NCBI GenBank assembly: GCA_964551735.1
Contig: CAZKEF010000014.1
Span: 54,820 to 118,819, forward strand
From: an uncultured Anaerolineales bacterium
GTDB taxonomy: Bacteria; Chloroflexota; Anaerolineae; CG2-30-64-16
Direction of reading: 5' to 3'
Length of the DNA: 64,000 nucleotides
Of the stretch, positions 1-9,599 are shown in pieces (position 1 is the first letter of the stretch; every line of letters begins with the position of its first letter). The position numbers and the translations under genes are program-made. The notes beneath the pieces were generated by a model. The model made no database searches and had not been told where the DNA came from. It saw nothing but the letters and a program-made list of their open reading frames with translations.

Positions 1-122
1 CCAGCGCCGCGGCCACATCGGCCAGCTCGTGGTCGAGCGATACCGGCCTTTGAATGCGCGCCAGTTGCCCGGCGGCTTCAAGGACTTGAAGATAGGAGCG
101 TAGATCGTGAATTGCGGGCATG
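1..122 (-). CDS. Partial CDS (N-terminus only; rest lies beyond window start): UbiD-family decarboxylase-like
   Basis: Reverse strand translation MPAIHDLRSYLQVLEAAGQLARIQRPVSLDHELADVAAALA resembles the conserved UbiD N-terminus. A GAGGAAAC Shine-Dalgarno-like motif precedes the ATG at 120-122. Confidence 0.45.
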
Positions 123-325
123 GGTTTCCTCTAACCTGGAACTCAAGTATCCCACCCAGAAGACAGCATCACATGTCACCCTGAGCGGGTCTACAGTTCA
201 ACTCCCGTGACACGCCAAAGCCAGCGAAGGGTCTTGCTGGTCGCGCCGAGATCCTTCGCTGGGATTTCGCCGTAACGAACTTTGAGCAGTTAACCCGCTC
301 AGGATGACGTTATTCATGCCATCGC

Positions 326-1387
326 TCACGGCTTCCCAAATGCCTCAATCGCCTCGGCAATAACCGGCAGGCTGATCCGCCAGCGGTCCAGCGGCACGTT
401 CTCCGAGATCTGGATCTGCAAACGGCCGGTGTGGCCCGCGTCAGCCAGGATTTGGTCGGCCACGGCCCGGATTTCTGCGGGCGGCGCCAGGTGCACCGAT
501 GACGGGAAATTCAGCCACAGCCGCTTCTCGGGCCACATCGCGACCGCTTCGGCCACCGTCGTGTCGCAATCGGGTGTGGGCGTGAAGGAGTCCAGCCCGC
601 CCACCCGGCTGCGGGCGATATCCTTCCACAACGGCTTCAGCATCCCATCCATATGCGAAAAGACGGGGATTCCCCGGTCAGCCAGCATCGCGTCCAACTC
701 ATCATACAACCGCGCGCAGTATTTGCGGAAGCGCGCCGGACCGATGGCCGAGGCCGTGATGTTGTCCACCATGACGATGAACGGCGCCGGTGAGCGCCGG
801 GCGATCTCGAAGGTCTGCCGGGCGCGGCGCTCCAGCAGCTCCAGCGTGTGCTCGACATGCTCGGGCCAGTCGGCCAGATGATACGCCAGCGGCTCCAGCC
901 CCACCCATTCGATCCAGAGCTGCTGCCACGGCGTGCGCTCGATCTCGGTCTTGGGGATGCCGTCGTCGCCCAGCTCGGCGCAGTCGCGGTAGTACTGATC
1001 GTAGTTGTCCAGGATGACCGCGTCCTCCAGGTAGCTCCACAGCCGCTCGTAATCCTCCCGCGTCTCGATGAAGTGCTTGCGCGCCACCGAGCTGTCGAAG
1101 GCCGGCTCGAAGGCGCGCAGCTCGGTCAGCTCGCCGGCCGGCGTGTGGATGACGTTGCGCTCCCACTTCGCGCCGCCCTCGAAGAAGATCTCGCTCTCGC
1201 GGCGGCAGTGCGGCGTCTCAGCACGGAAGATCGAGCAGAAGCGGATGCGCCCGATGTTGCCGCGGCCGAGCACTGCGCGCACTTCGTCGTAGGGCAGCAG
1301 GATCTCGTACATGGCAAAGGGCACGCGGTCGTGCTCGCGGCCCTGGATAACGGCGAGCATCCGCTGGCGCATGGTCATGCTGTACAA
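326..1387 (-). CDS. URO-D-like (uroporphyrinogen decarboxylase / MtaA-CmuA methyltransferase superfamily) protein, paralog 1
   Basis: 353-aa ORF with the URO-D/TIM-barrel family pattern shared with 5 other ORFs in the window. Carries HMDG instead of the H-x-C motif. Confidence 0.65.
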   Translation of the reverse strand: MYSMTMRQRMLAVIQGREHDRVPFAMYEILLPYDEVRAVLGRGNIGRIRFCSIFRAETPHCRRESEIFFEGGAKWERNVIHTPAGELTELRAFEPAFDSSVARKHFIETREDYERLWSYLEDAVILDNYDQYYRDCAELGDDGIPKTEIERTPWQQLWIEWVGLEPLAYHLADWPEHVEHTLELLERRARQTFEIARRSPAPFIVMVDNITASAIGPARFRKYCARLYDELDAMLADRGIPVFSHMDGMLKPLWKDIARSRVGGLDSFTPTPDCDTTVAEAVAMWPEKRLWLNFPSSVHLAPPAEIRAVADQILADAGHTGRLQIQISENVPLDRWRISLPVIAEAIEAFGKP

Positions 1388-1414
1388 GGTAGTGCGTTCT
1401 CCTCTGGCAAGAGT

Positions 1415-1482
1415 CCTGGAATCGAGGCTTCAGCCGGTTATGTGCTCCGCCCAGAGAGACCGGCTAAAGCCTCGATTCCGGA
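1415..1482. repeat. REP-like palindromic interspersed element, family A (core GAATCGAGGCTTYAGCCGG ... CCGGCTRAAGCCTCGATTC)
   Basis: Near-identical copies at 11695-11757, 11782-11847, 12880-12948 and 28835-28897, plus a half-copy at 41929-41956. Confidence 0.7.
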
Positions 1483-2678
1483 TGATTTCCGGCCGCTTCG
1501 TTCAGTTCCGCCACCAGCCGCGCCAGCGCCGCCCCGCCGATGCCCCGTGCCGCGGCCGCCTGGCTGATCGGCTCCCAGAACGGCACGGGGCTGTCCGCAC
1601 ACGGGATGCCGTAACGCTCGAAGACTGCCCGCGTCCCCGGCCAGGCCTCGGCCACGAACACCGTGGACATGGTGGGCGTCACCTCTCCCCCTGCCCCCTC
1701 TCCTGCCAGGCGAGGGAGTACCGCTCCGCCCCCTTCCCTCGCAGGGAAGGGGGATGGGGGGTTAGGTCCCAACACCCGCGTCGCATTCCCGCCCAGGATG
1801 TCCGCCCGCACATCGTCCGGTAGCCCCAGCGCAGCGATCTCCGCCAGGAACGGCCGGAAGTCGGGCTCGGCCTGGCTTCGGGGGTAGAGCCGCAGCGGGT
1901 AGTCGGAGGCGTAGAGCAGCTTGCGGTGATCCACGCAGCGCAGCGCCACGTCGAAGATCTCGTGCGTGCGGTATTGCAGCGGCGACGCGGCGGTGTCGTA
2001 CCACACGTTGCGCAGCGTCCGCCGCACCTCCGGCATCAGCTCGTAGAAGAAGAGCCCACCGCCCCAGTGCGCCAGGATCAGCCGCAGCTCCGGGTAGCGG
2101 CTCGCCAGGCGATAATAATCGCGCAGCGGCGTCGTGGCCTTGCCCGGATAGAAGCCGCCGACCTCCTCGTTGGTGTGCAGGTTGATCGGGATCTCGTAGC
2201 CGATGCACGCCTCGGCCAGGCGCAGAAACGCGGGATCGTCCAGGCGGTAGCCCTGGCCGTAGGGGCCGAGCTCGCCCACGCCGACCATGCCGCCGTCCAG
2301 GCAGCGGGCGAGCTCGTCCAGCGCGGCCTGGCCGGCCAGCGGCTGGAGGATGGCGAACGCGCTCACCCGGTCCGGCCAGCGGCGGATGATTTCGAGCGCT
2401 TCGCTGTTGCGCGCCGCGCAGCCCTCGTGCGACCGGCGATACTCGCCCATCAGCACGACGCGATCCACGCCGGCCGCGTCCATGTGCGCGATCATGCACT
2501 CGGCCGTGGCCCAGCCCTGGAGGCTCTGCCCGCCGGGCCGGGGCGCCAGCATCTGGCCCCAGAACGGCTCGGCCGCGATGAACGCGTCCAGGTCGGCCGC
2601 CAGCGACGGCGGGGTGTAGTGGACGTGTGCGTCAATCAGCATGGTGCCCCTCCACCGGTTCGTCCGGCGCTGATGCAC
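1464..2678 (-). CDS. Amidohydrolase-2 family metal-dependent hydrolase with C-terminal DUF1858-like extension; ORF contains two interspersed palindromic elements
   Basis: The N-terminus has IDAHVH, then the family motifs HTNE, ILAHWGG and YASDYP. The C-terminal ~70 aa FERYGIPCADSPVPFWEPIS resembles DUF1858. A ~110-nt GC-rich palindromic element (1681-1790) is translated in-frame, and the stop codon TAG lies inside a REP-like element (1415-1482). Confidence 0.6.
   Translation of the reverse strand: MHQRRTNRWRGTMLIDAHVHYTPPSLAADLDAFIAAEPFWGQMLAPRPGGQSLQGWATAECMIAHMDAAGVDRVVLMGEYRRSHEGCAARNSEALEIIRRWPDRVSAFAILQPLAGQAALDELARCLDGGMVGVGELGPYGQGYRLDDPAFLRLAEACIGYEIPINLHTNEEVGGFYPGKATTPLRDYYRLASRYPELRLILAHWGGGLFFYELMPEVRRTLRNVWYDTAASPLQYRTHEIFDVALRCVDHRKLLYASDYPLRLYPRSQAEPDFRPFLAEIAALGLPDDVRADILGGNATRVLGPNPPSPFPAREGGGAVLPRLAGEGAGGEVTPTMSTVFVAEAWPGTRAVFERYGIPCADSPVPFWEPISQAAAARGIGGAALARLVAELNEAAGNHPESRL
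1681..1790. repeat. GC-rich double-hairpin element, family E, in-frame inside a CDS
   Basis: ~85% identical to 3878-3990. Contains palindromes CCCTTCCCTCGCAGGGAAGGGG and CTCTCCTGCCAGGCGAGGGAG. Confidence 0.65.
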
Positions 2679-3162
2679 GGGCGCGCGTAACCTTGCGCAG
2701 CGCGACAGCCAGCGAGTCGCCGGGCTGGATGTCCACGTCGGCCAGGATGCGCGTCACGTAGGCTTCGATCTCGTTGAAGCCGCTGGCGCGGGCCACTGAC
2801 ACCCGATGGTTGCCATCGGAGACAAAGTAGACGCTGCCCACCTGAAAGACCTCGATGGGCGGCACCCCGATGAACTCGGCCATGGTCACATCAATCCGCA
2901 CCCAGCGATCCCGATCCACCGCGCCGCGCGGGTGGAAATGCCGCGTGAAATCCTGCGACCGGCCCGTGCTGCCCACGATCCGGTCGAGTGGGATGGACTG
3001 CGGCTGAGGCAGGCGCAACCGGCCGTAGTCGCGCAACGCGGCCATCAGGGTGTTGAACGGCAGCAGGTCGGCCGGCCGGCCCGTCAGGCGCGCGCAGAGA
3101 TCCTCGCGGATCGCTGCCCAGCGAGCTTTGAAAAACAATTGCCGGCCGACGTAAAAGCTCAC
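2632..3162 (-). CDS. Hypothetical protein with ParB/sulfiredoxin-like domain
   Basis: Motif IEVFQVGSVYFVSDGNHRVSVARASG resembles the ParB/Srx DGxHR..A core. Start codon uncertain. Confidence 0.4.
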   Translation of the reverse strand: MSFYVGRQLFFKARWAAIREDLCARLTGRPADLLPFNTLMAALRDYGRLRLPQPQSIPLDRIVGSTGRSQDFTRHFHPRGAVDRDRWVRIDVTMAEFIGVPPIEVFQVGSVYFVSDGNHRVSVARASGFNEIEAYVTRILADVDIQPGDSLAVALRKVTRARASAPDEPVEGHHAD

Positions 3163-3180
3163 TTTGCTCCTGCCTGCATC

Positions 3181-4412
3181 TCACCCAAAAACGGTGCGCA
3201 TCCGCTCGCAGTAATACTGCACATTCTCCCACCGGGCATCTGGCGGGATGCGGTGGTCGGGGCAGGGGATGTAGCCGCCCAGGTCCACCAGTGGCCGGAG
3301 CCGTTCGATCTCGGCGTCAATCGCCGCGTAGTCGTAGGCAAAGACCTTCTTGTCCATGCCACCCACGCCCCGCAGCGCCCGGCCGTACTGCGCCCGCCAC
3401 GGCGCGATGCTGGCGTGCCAGGTGCCGACCTCGATGGGAAACATGGTGTTCACGCCGTTCTCCAGCCAGATCGGCAGCAGCTTATCAATCATACCGTCGC
3501 AGTCCAGCGACACGATGCCGATGCCGTGGTCGTTCAGCAGCCGCGTGATCCGCCGGTAGTGCGGGCCGACCAGCCTGGCAAACAAGCGCGGGTTCACCAG
3601 CGGGCCGTTCTTGAAGCAGATGTCCTCCCAGAAGTGACCGTAGTCGAAGGGGATGCCCGTTGCCAGCACCGCAGTCGTGCCTTGATAGCTCAGCTCGGCC
3701 ACGGTCTCGATCATCTCCTCCAGCAGGGCGGGATCATCCGCGGTCAGATAGCTTAACCCCACCACGCCCAGCCAGTTGCGGATGACGCCGAAGAGGCTGC
3801 CGCACCACAGGCCGCGTGGGAACGAGGGCTCCTCGGCCAGCAGGACCTCCCGGCCGCCCCCGTCGAAGCGCAGGGACCTCACCCCCCTGCCCGCCCTGCG
3901 GGCGTCTCCTGCGAGGAGAGGGGGAATCTGCTCCCCTTCCCTGGCAGGGAGGGGGCTGGGGGGTAGGTGAACCCTTGCGCGCCCTAACCGGCTTTCGGTG
4001 TACCGCAGCCGCGGCCGGAAGATGCGCTCCCACTCGACACGCCCCTTCAGCAGGTGGTCAATCTCCGCCGGGATCGAGACGACGTCATCCTTCTCCAGCA
4101 CGATGGCGCCATCCCTGTCGAGCACGTGCCGCGCGCCATCAGGCAGCTCGGCGACCACGCGGCGGCGGAAGGCGGGCTGCAAGCCCAGGTACGGGCCGAA
4201 GACGCCGCCCCAGCCGAAATCAAAGCCCAGGCGCTCACACAGGGCGCGATCATAGGCGTTGTTATCGTACCAGCCGGCGGCCAGGGTCTTGCTGATGTGC
4301 CCCTCGGCCGCCCACTTCTCCAGCGTCTCGTCCCAGTAGCCGAAATGGACGATCGGCAGCCGGTCGTAGGGCTGATAGTTCAGGATCGCCAACGTCTGCT
4401 CGCGGTTGTTCA
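3181..4412 (-). CDS. URO-D-like family protein, paralog 2, with in-frame palindromic element insertion
   Basis: The likely true start is the internal ATG giving MNNREQTLAILNYQPYDRLPIVHF, a typical URO-D-like N-terminus. The N- and C-terminal halves are family-like, separated by an in-frame GC-rich palindromic element (3878-3990) encoding PPSPLPAREGEQIPPLLAGDARRAGRG. Confidence 0.6.
3878..3990. repeat. GC-rich double-hairpin element, family E, in-frame inside URO-D paralog 2
   Basis: Paired with 1681-1790. Same orientation and same reading frame (PPSP[FL]PAREG). Confidence 0.65.
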
Positions 4413-5975
4413 TCGTATGCTCTCGCTGCTTGCAGTCATCCTGCCCTTGTCTGCGGCAGCGGCGTTGGCGCGAGCCGCGGTCACGTCCGCTGCCATCTGC
4501 TCGACCGTCTTCACGTGCAAACGCGCAGCGCCACGGTAGTCGCGCGTTCGAACTCGCGTGCCATTGCGCTCGGCCTCCGCCAGGCCCGCGGCGGCCTGGG
4601 AAATCTCGGCGGCGTATTGCGGAAGCCATTGGGCCTCTGCGACCAACATCTCATCGGTCATTTGCCAAACCTCCTCCGGGTTGCACACCGCGCCGACCAG
4701 GGGATCGTGTAACATGGCCTGCTTGAGCAGCAGCACATCACCCCGCACCGCGGCCTCCATGCCCATCTCCTGAACGCGCACGCTGGCTGCGCAGGTGGCC
4801 GCACACGCCAGAGGCAAAGCGCCCACCACCGGCATGTTGATGCCGGTCCTGTCCACATAGCCAGGAATCTCGACCACGCACCCGTCAGGCAGGTTGGTGA
4901 TGTGGCCACGGTTGATCACATTGAAATGGCCTCGGTAGATGCGACCGGTCTCCAAGGCCTCGATAATGTAGGAGCCGTGCTCCTCGCTCCGATTGGCTGG
5001 GGTGATCGCGGGCGGCTCCTCGGCCAGCCACTGTGGGAAGTCGGTCTCGAACCAGTGCCGTCCCTCGGAACACACGCGCAGATAGCCGCCGGATTCGCCA
5101 TTGATCCAACTCGAAAGATCGATCCATTGCCCGATCTCTTCCGGCCGCTTCCGGTACCACGGCAGGTATTCGCTCAAGTGGCCGTTAGATTCGGTGCTGT
5201 AGTAGCCGAAGCGTCGCAGGACGTCCACGCGCACCTTCTCGCTCTGCCGGTACTCCGGGTGGCGCCCGAAAAGCTCGGGCAGAAGCGGGATCATGTCCCG
5301 CCCGCGCCATTCCGCTTTGACGAACCAGGTCTGGTGGTTGATGCCGGCGGCGACGACGTCAACCTCGCGGCGGTGCATTTCGTAGTCCGGCGGGATGAGG
5401 CCCTGCTCCTTCGCCCACATCTCCACGCAGCGCGTGATCTGCCAATGCGCGCCCTGCACGCCGTGACACAGCCCCACCGTGGGCACGCCACCGTACCGAT
5501 TGCAGGCCCATGTGTTCATCGCCATCGGGTTCGAGTAATTCAGGAGGAGCGCTCCCGGCTTGGCAACTTCGCGCATATCCCGACAGATGTCGAGCAGCGC
5601 CGGAATGGTGCGCTGCGCATAGAACAGGCCACCAGCACAGATCGTGTCGCCGACGCATTGATCCACCCCGTACTTGAGCGGAATGTCTATGTCGAACTGG
5701 AAGGCCTCCAACCCTCCCTGGCGGATCGTGCAAATCACGTAATCGGCGTCCGCGATGGCCGAGCGGCGCTCCAGCGTGCTGATGATCGTTGCCGGCAGCC
5801 CGTTCGCTCGGATGTCACGTTCGCAAAGCTGGGTTACCATGTCCAGGTTGGCCTGGGAAATGTCCATCAGGGCAAAGGCAGTGTCGGCCAACTCCGGCAC
5901 TGCGAGGATATCACGCATCAAGCGGCGCGTGAAACCGATGGATCCTGCGCCGATCATCGCGATCTTGATGGGCAT
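4410..5975 (-). CDS. Glycoside hydrolase family 4 (NAD/Mn-dependent alpha-glucosidase/alpha-galactosidase type)
   Basis: N-terminal Rossmann motif MPIKIAMIGAGSIGF, 521 aa, and the conserved GH4 core (CHGVQG, NHQTWF). Confidence 0.8.
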   Translation of the reverse strand: MPIKIAMIGAGSIGFTRRLMRDILAVPELADTAFALMDISQANLDMVTQLCERDIRANGLPATIISTLERRSAIADADYVICTIRQGGLEAFQFDIDIPLKYGVDQCVGDTICAGGLFYAQRTIPALLDICRDMREVAKPGALLLNYSNPMAMNTWACNRYGGVPTVGLCHGVQGAHWQITRCVEMWAKEQGLIPPDYEMHRREVDVVAAGINHQTWFVKAEWRGRDMIPLLPELFGRHPEYRQSEKVRVDVLRRFGYYSTESNGHLSEYLPWYRKRPEEIGQWIDLSSWINGESGGYLRVCSEGRHWFETDFPQWLAEEPPAITPANRSEEHGSYIIEALETGRIYRGHFNVINRGHITNLPDGCVVEIPGYVDRTGINMPVVGALPLACAATCAASVRVQEMGMEAAVRGDVLLLKQAMLHDPLVGAVCNPEEVWQMTDEMLVAEAQWLPQYAAEISQAAAGLAEAERNGTRVRTRDYRGAARLHVKTVEQMAADVTAARANAAAADKGRMTASSESIR

Positions 5976-5981
5976 CTGAGT

Positions 5982-7064
5982 TTACTCCTGATATGACCCC
6001 AGCCGCTTCGCCATTTCGACAATCGCGCGAAAAGCGGCCAGGCTGACGCTGGAGGGCACCGAATGATCGGACGAGAAGATGTAGCCGCCCGATTCCTTGA
6101 GCGCCGGCACGAGGCGCTCCATCTCAGGCCGGACGAGCGCCGGATCATCCCACAGCACGGCGTTGATCCCGCCGTGCAGCACCAGATCCTTGCCGAACTC
6201 CCGCTTCAGCGCCAGCGGGTCCATCCCGGCTTTCACTTCCAGCGGATTGAGCGCATCGAGCCCCATCGAGACCAGCTCCGGGACGAACGGGCGGATGTCG
6301 CCGCACGAGTGTAGGTGCGCCTTGATCCCCTTGGCGTGCGCCCAATCAATCGCCCGCTGGTGGAACGGCTTGAGCACCTGCCGGTACTTGCGCAACGAGA
6401 AAAACTGGTGTCCCTTATAGCCCATGTCATCCCACCAGAAGACGCTGTCGAAGCGATACCCCGCGTCCCACACGCGGTCCCAGAGCGCCAGGCTGGTCTC
6501 CAGCATCGTCTCGAAAACATCCATCAGCCAGGCGGGATCTTCGACCAGGTTCATCAGCACGCGCTCCGTGCCCAGCGTCCAGGAATGGGTGACGTCGAAC
6601 CCGAACCAGAGGGCCGCCTGCAGCCAATCCCCGCGCGCCTGCCAGATCGGATAGTTCGCGGCCAGGTACGCCCAATCAATGCGATCAGGGCTGGTCGTGA
6701 TGCGCTTCTTGGCCACCTCCCAGCTCGCCCGATCCACGATGGTGAAATCGAGGAACTCCGGTGTGGAAGCCTCATGCTTCCACTCGCGCATGGTCACGCC
6801 CCAATCGCTGGTGTAGATCCTGTACTCGTCCGTTTCTTCCAGCGTCCGTTTTTCATACTGCGGCGAGCCGTCCACGAAGAGCAGGTTGACGCGGTCAATA
6901 TCGAAGTAATCCTCGAAGTCAACCCCCTCGGGCAGCCCTTCGCCGCGCCAACGCTCAATCGTGGCATGCCACGGCACGTCGGTGATGGGGACGCGGTCCG
7001 CCGCGCGGTGCTCGAACATGCGCGTGAAGCGCTCTTTGGTTGTGAGTTTGGGTTGAATCATCAT
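5982..7064 (-). CDS. URO-D-like family protein, paralog 3 (H-x-C motif present: HLHSCGD)
   Basis: 360-aa ORF, family-like throughout, with an HSC motif. Confidence 0.65.
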   Translation of the reverse strand: MMIQPKLTTKERFTRMFEHRAADRVPITDVPWHATIERWRGEGLPEGVDFEDYFDIDRVNLLFVDGSPQYEKRTLEETDEYRIYTSDWGVTMREWKHEASTPEFLDFTIVDRASWEVAKKRITTSPDRIDWAYLAANYPIWQARGDWLQAALWFGFDVTHSWTLGTERVLMNLVEDPAWLMDVFETMLETSLALWDRVWDAGYRFDSVFWWDDMGYKGHQFFSLRKYRQVLKPFHQRAIDWAHAKGIKAHLHSCGDIRPFVPELVSMGLDALNPLEVKAGMDPLALKREFGKDLVLHGGINAVLWDDPALVRPEMERLVPALKESGGYIFSSDHSVPSSVSLAAFRAIVEMAKRLGSYQE

Positions 7065-8323
7065 GACAGGCCGACCACCCGTCCCTCGCGCCGCGCCTGC
7101 TCGGCTGCAAACACCATCAGGTGCGTCTCCAGCGACTCGGCCGGGCCGGAGAGGATCAGCGACGGGTCGCCCGTGCGCAGCGCGCCGACGAAGTGCGTCA
7201 TCAGCGCCAGGTCTCCGCCGCCGTGGCCGCTCAGAATCGAGCCATCGCTGGCGGTCTCCGCGTCGATCCGTTCCGTCGTGTCGGTCATGAAGTCGTACAC
7301 CTCGATGAACCGCCCGTTGCCGTAGAGCTCCCCGCGCGTCCCGAAGATCCGCGTCTCGCGGTCGCGCTGGCGGTTGAAGGCGGTCATGGTGAAAGAGGCC
7401 GTCGCGCCGCCTTCGAACTGCATGGCGACCACCTGGTGGTCCACCACGTCGTTGTCGCAGGCGTAGACGCAGCGGCCGTACGGCCCCGTGCGCAGCGCGG
7501 CCAGCAGCCCCGCCTCGCTCACGTCCGGCGTCAGCACGTTGAGCGGCCAGCCGGTGATGCCGCGCCGCAGGCCGGTCAGGTAGATGCGCGGCGCCGAGTA
7601 GGGACAGGATGTCTCAACGGCGCAGTCCAGGCAGCGGTCGGCCGCGCCGGCGGGCCGGTTTTCGGGCCGGAAGTGCAGCAGGCTGCCGAAGGAGGAGACG
7701 AGCGTGCAGGGCCGGCCCATGATGTGCCGGAGCCAATCCAGGTCGTGGCACGATTTCGCCAGCAGCATGGAGGACGACTCGGCCTCGTTGCGCCAGTTGC
7801 CGCGCACGAAGGAGTGCGCCTGGTGCCAGAAGCCCACCGGCTCCAGGTGCTGGATGCTGGCGATCTCGCCCAGCCGGCCGGAGTCCACGATCGCCTTGAC
7901 CTTCTTGGTGTAGGCCGTGTAGCGCAGCACGTGACACACCGCGAACATGGCCCCGCTGGCCTGCGCCGCGGCGGCGATCTGCCGGCACTCGGCCGCGGTC
8001 GGCGCCATCGGCTTCTCCAGCAGGATATGGTAGCCGCGCTCCGCGAAAGCGACCGCCGGCTCGGTGTGCAGCGCATCGGGCGTGGCGATGATGACCGCAT
8101 CGGCGAAGCGGGGCTGCGCAGCGGCCTCCCGCCAGTCGGCGTAAACGTTACCGGCCGGGATGCCGTGGCGGGCAGCCAGCGCCGCGCGGTAATGCTCGCG
8201 CGGCTCGGCCACGCCCACCACCTGCGCCTGGTCGGGATGCCAGTGCGCGTACTCGGCGTAGTTGGCCCCGCGGCTGCCGGCGCCAATGATGAGCAATTTG
8301 ATCGGTGACATCAAGATACACTC
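7061..8323 (-). CDS. Gfo/Idh/MocA-family NAD(P)-dependent oxidoreductase (in-frame with upstream GT1, no intervening stop)
   Basis: The internal start MSPIKLLIIGAGSRGANYAEY is preceded by GAAGGAGTG. Gfo/Idh/MocA N-terminal Rossmann fold, and the C-terminal domain is family-like. Confidence 0.65.
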   Translation of the reverse strand, partial: ECILMSPIKLLIIGAGSRGANYAEYAHWHPDQAQVVGVAEPREHYRAALAARHGIPAGNVYADWREAAAQPRFADAVIIATPDALHTEPAVAFAERGYHILLEKPMAPTAAECRQIAAAAQASGAMFAVCHVLRYTAYTKKVKAIVDSGRLGEIASIQHLEPVGFWHQAHSFVRGNWRNEAESSSMLLAKSCHDLDWLRHIMGRPCTLVSSFGSLLHFRPENRPAGAADRCLDCAVETSCPYSAPRIYLTGLRRGITGWPLNVLTPDVSEAGLLAALRTGPYGRCVYACDNDVVDHQVVAMQFEGGATASFTMTAFNRQRDRETRIFGTRGELYGNGRFIEVYDFMTDTTERIDAETASDGSILSGHGGGDLALMTHFVGALRTGDPSLILSGPAESLETHLMVFAAEQARREGRVVGLS

Positions 8324-9598
8324 CTTCTGCAGGCTAGTTTCCACCCGCGCCACCACCGCCACGGCACGGGCGATGCCATCCTCAGCCCGAATCTTGCGCC
8401 CCAAATCGGCCGCGCGCCGGCGCATCTCCGCATCGGTCACGGCCCGGTGAATCGCGGCCGCCAGCCGCTCGGCCGTGAGCTGCTTGCGCGGGATCGGCGC
8501 CGGCCCGACCCCCAGGTCGGCCACGCGGCGGCCCCAGAACGGCTGATCCCCGAAGAAGGGCACGACGACGGACGGCACACCCGCTCGCAGCCCGGCCGCT
8601 GTGGTGCCCGCGCCGCCGTGATGCACCACGGCCGCCATGCGCGGGAAGAGCCAGGCGAAGGGCGCGGTTTCCAGCATGAAGACGGAATCCGGCAGGTCAG
8701 CCACCTGCAAGCCGCCCCAGCCGGCCAGCACCACCGCCCGCTCCCCCGTTTGCCGCAGCGCGTGCACGATCAGGCCGGCGGTTTGGGCCGGGTTGCTGAT
8801 GCTCATGCTGCCGAAGCCGATGTAGACGGGCGGCGGGCCGGACTGCAAAAACGCTGCCAGGGTCGGCGGCGGCGTCCAATCTTCCCCCGCATCCAGGAAC
8901 CAGTAGCCGGTGACGTGTACCTCTGGTCCCCCGTCGTCCGGCGGCGGGATCACGGCCGGGCTGAAGCCGTAGAGCACCGGATGCCGGCAGAAGCGCTCGC
9001 CCCGGAACGGCCCGGCCAGGGGCGACGGCGGCAGTCCCAGCACCTTCTGGCGCACCAGGCGGTCGGCGGCCCGAAACGGCTGCCACATCATCTGCCGCGC
9101 CAGGTGATAGGAAGGACGGTTGAGGGCCCCGCCCAGCCAGGACGGCAGCCCCGGCAGCAGGAAGCTGGGATAGGCGCGGGTCGGCGTGAAGGGGATGTAG
9201 TGCGCCTGGATGAACGCCAGGTCCAGCTTCTCGGCCAGCGCGTAGCCCACGAACAGCCCGCCGACGCCGGCCAGCACCGCGTCCATACCGCGGCAGGCCG
9301 CCAGCCCGCCCTCGGCCAACTCCACCGCGCCCCGCTCCGCCTCCCGCGCCATGCGCGCCAGGATGGCGGCGAAGTTGCCCCGCTCCAGCAGTGCGCTCAT
9401 CTCCTGGCCTTGGGCGACCTGCTGCGAGTCGCCCACAATCGGCCAGAACTCGACCCCGTGCGCCGCGGCCAGGCCGGCGAAGTTGCCGTGCGTCACCAGT
9501 CGCACGGCATGGCCGGCCGCAGCCAACCCCTTGCCCAGCGCCAGATACGGCTCGACGTCGCCGCGGCTGCCCGGCGCAACGATTGCGATACGCATTAT
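8324..9598 (-). CDS. GT1-family UDP-glycosyltransferase (MGT/OleD-like)
   Basis: MRIAIVAPGSRGDVEPYLALGKGLAAAGHAVRLVTH is an N-terminal GT1 motif, and the C-terminal half carries the PSPG-like UDP-sugar motif (HHGGAGTTAAGLRAGVPSVVVPFFGDQPFW). The ORF track joins it to the downstream oxidoreductase as one 907-aa ORF. Confidence 0.65.
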
Positions 9599-9599
9599 G

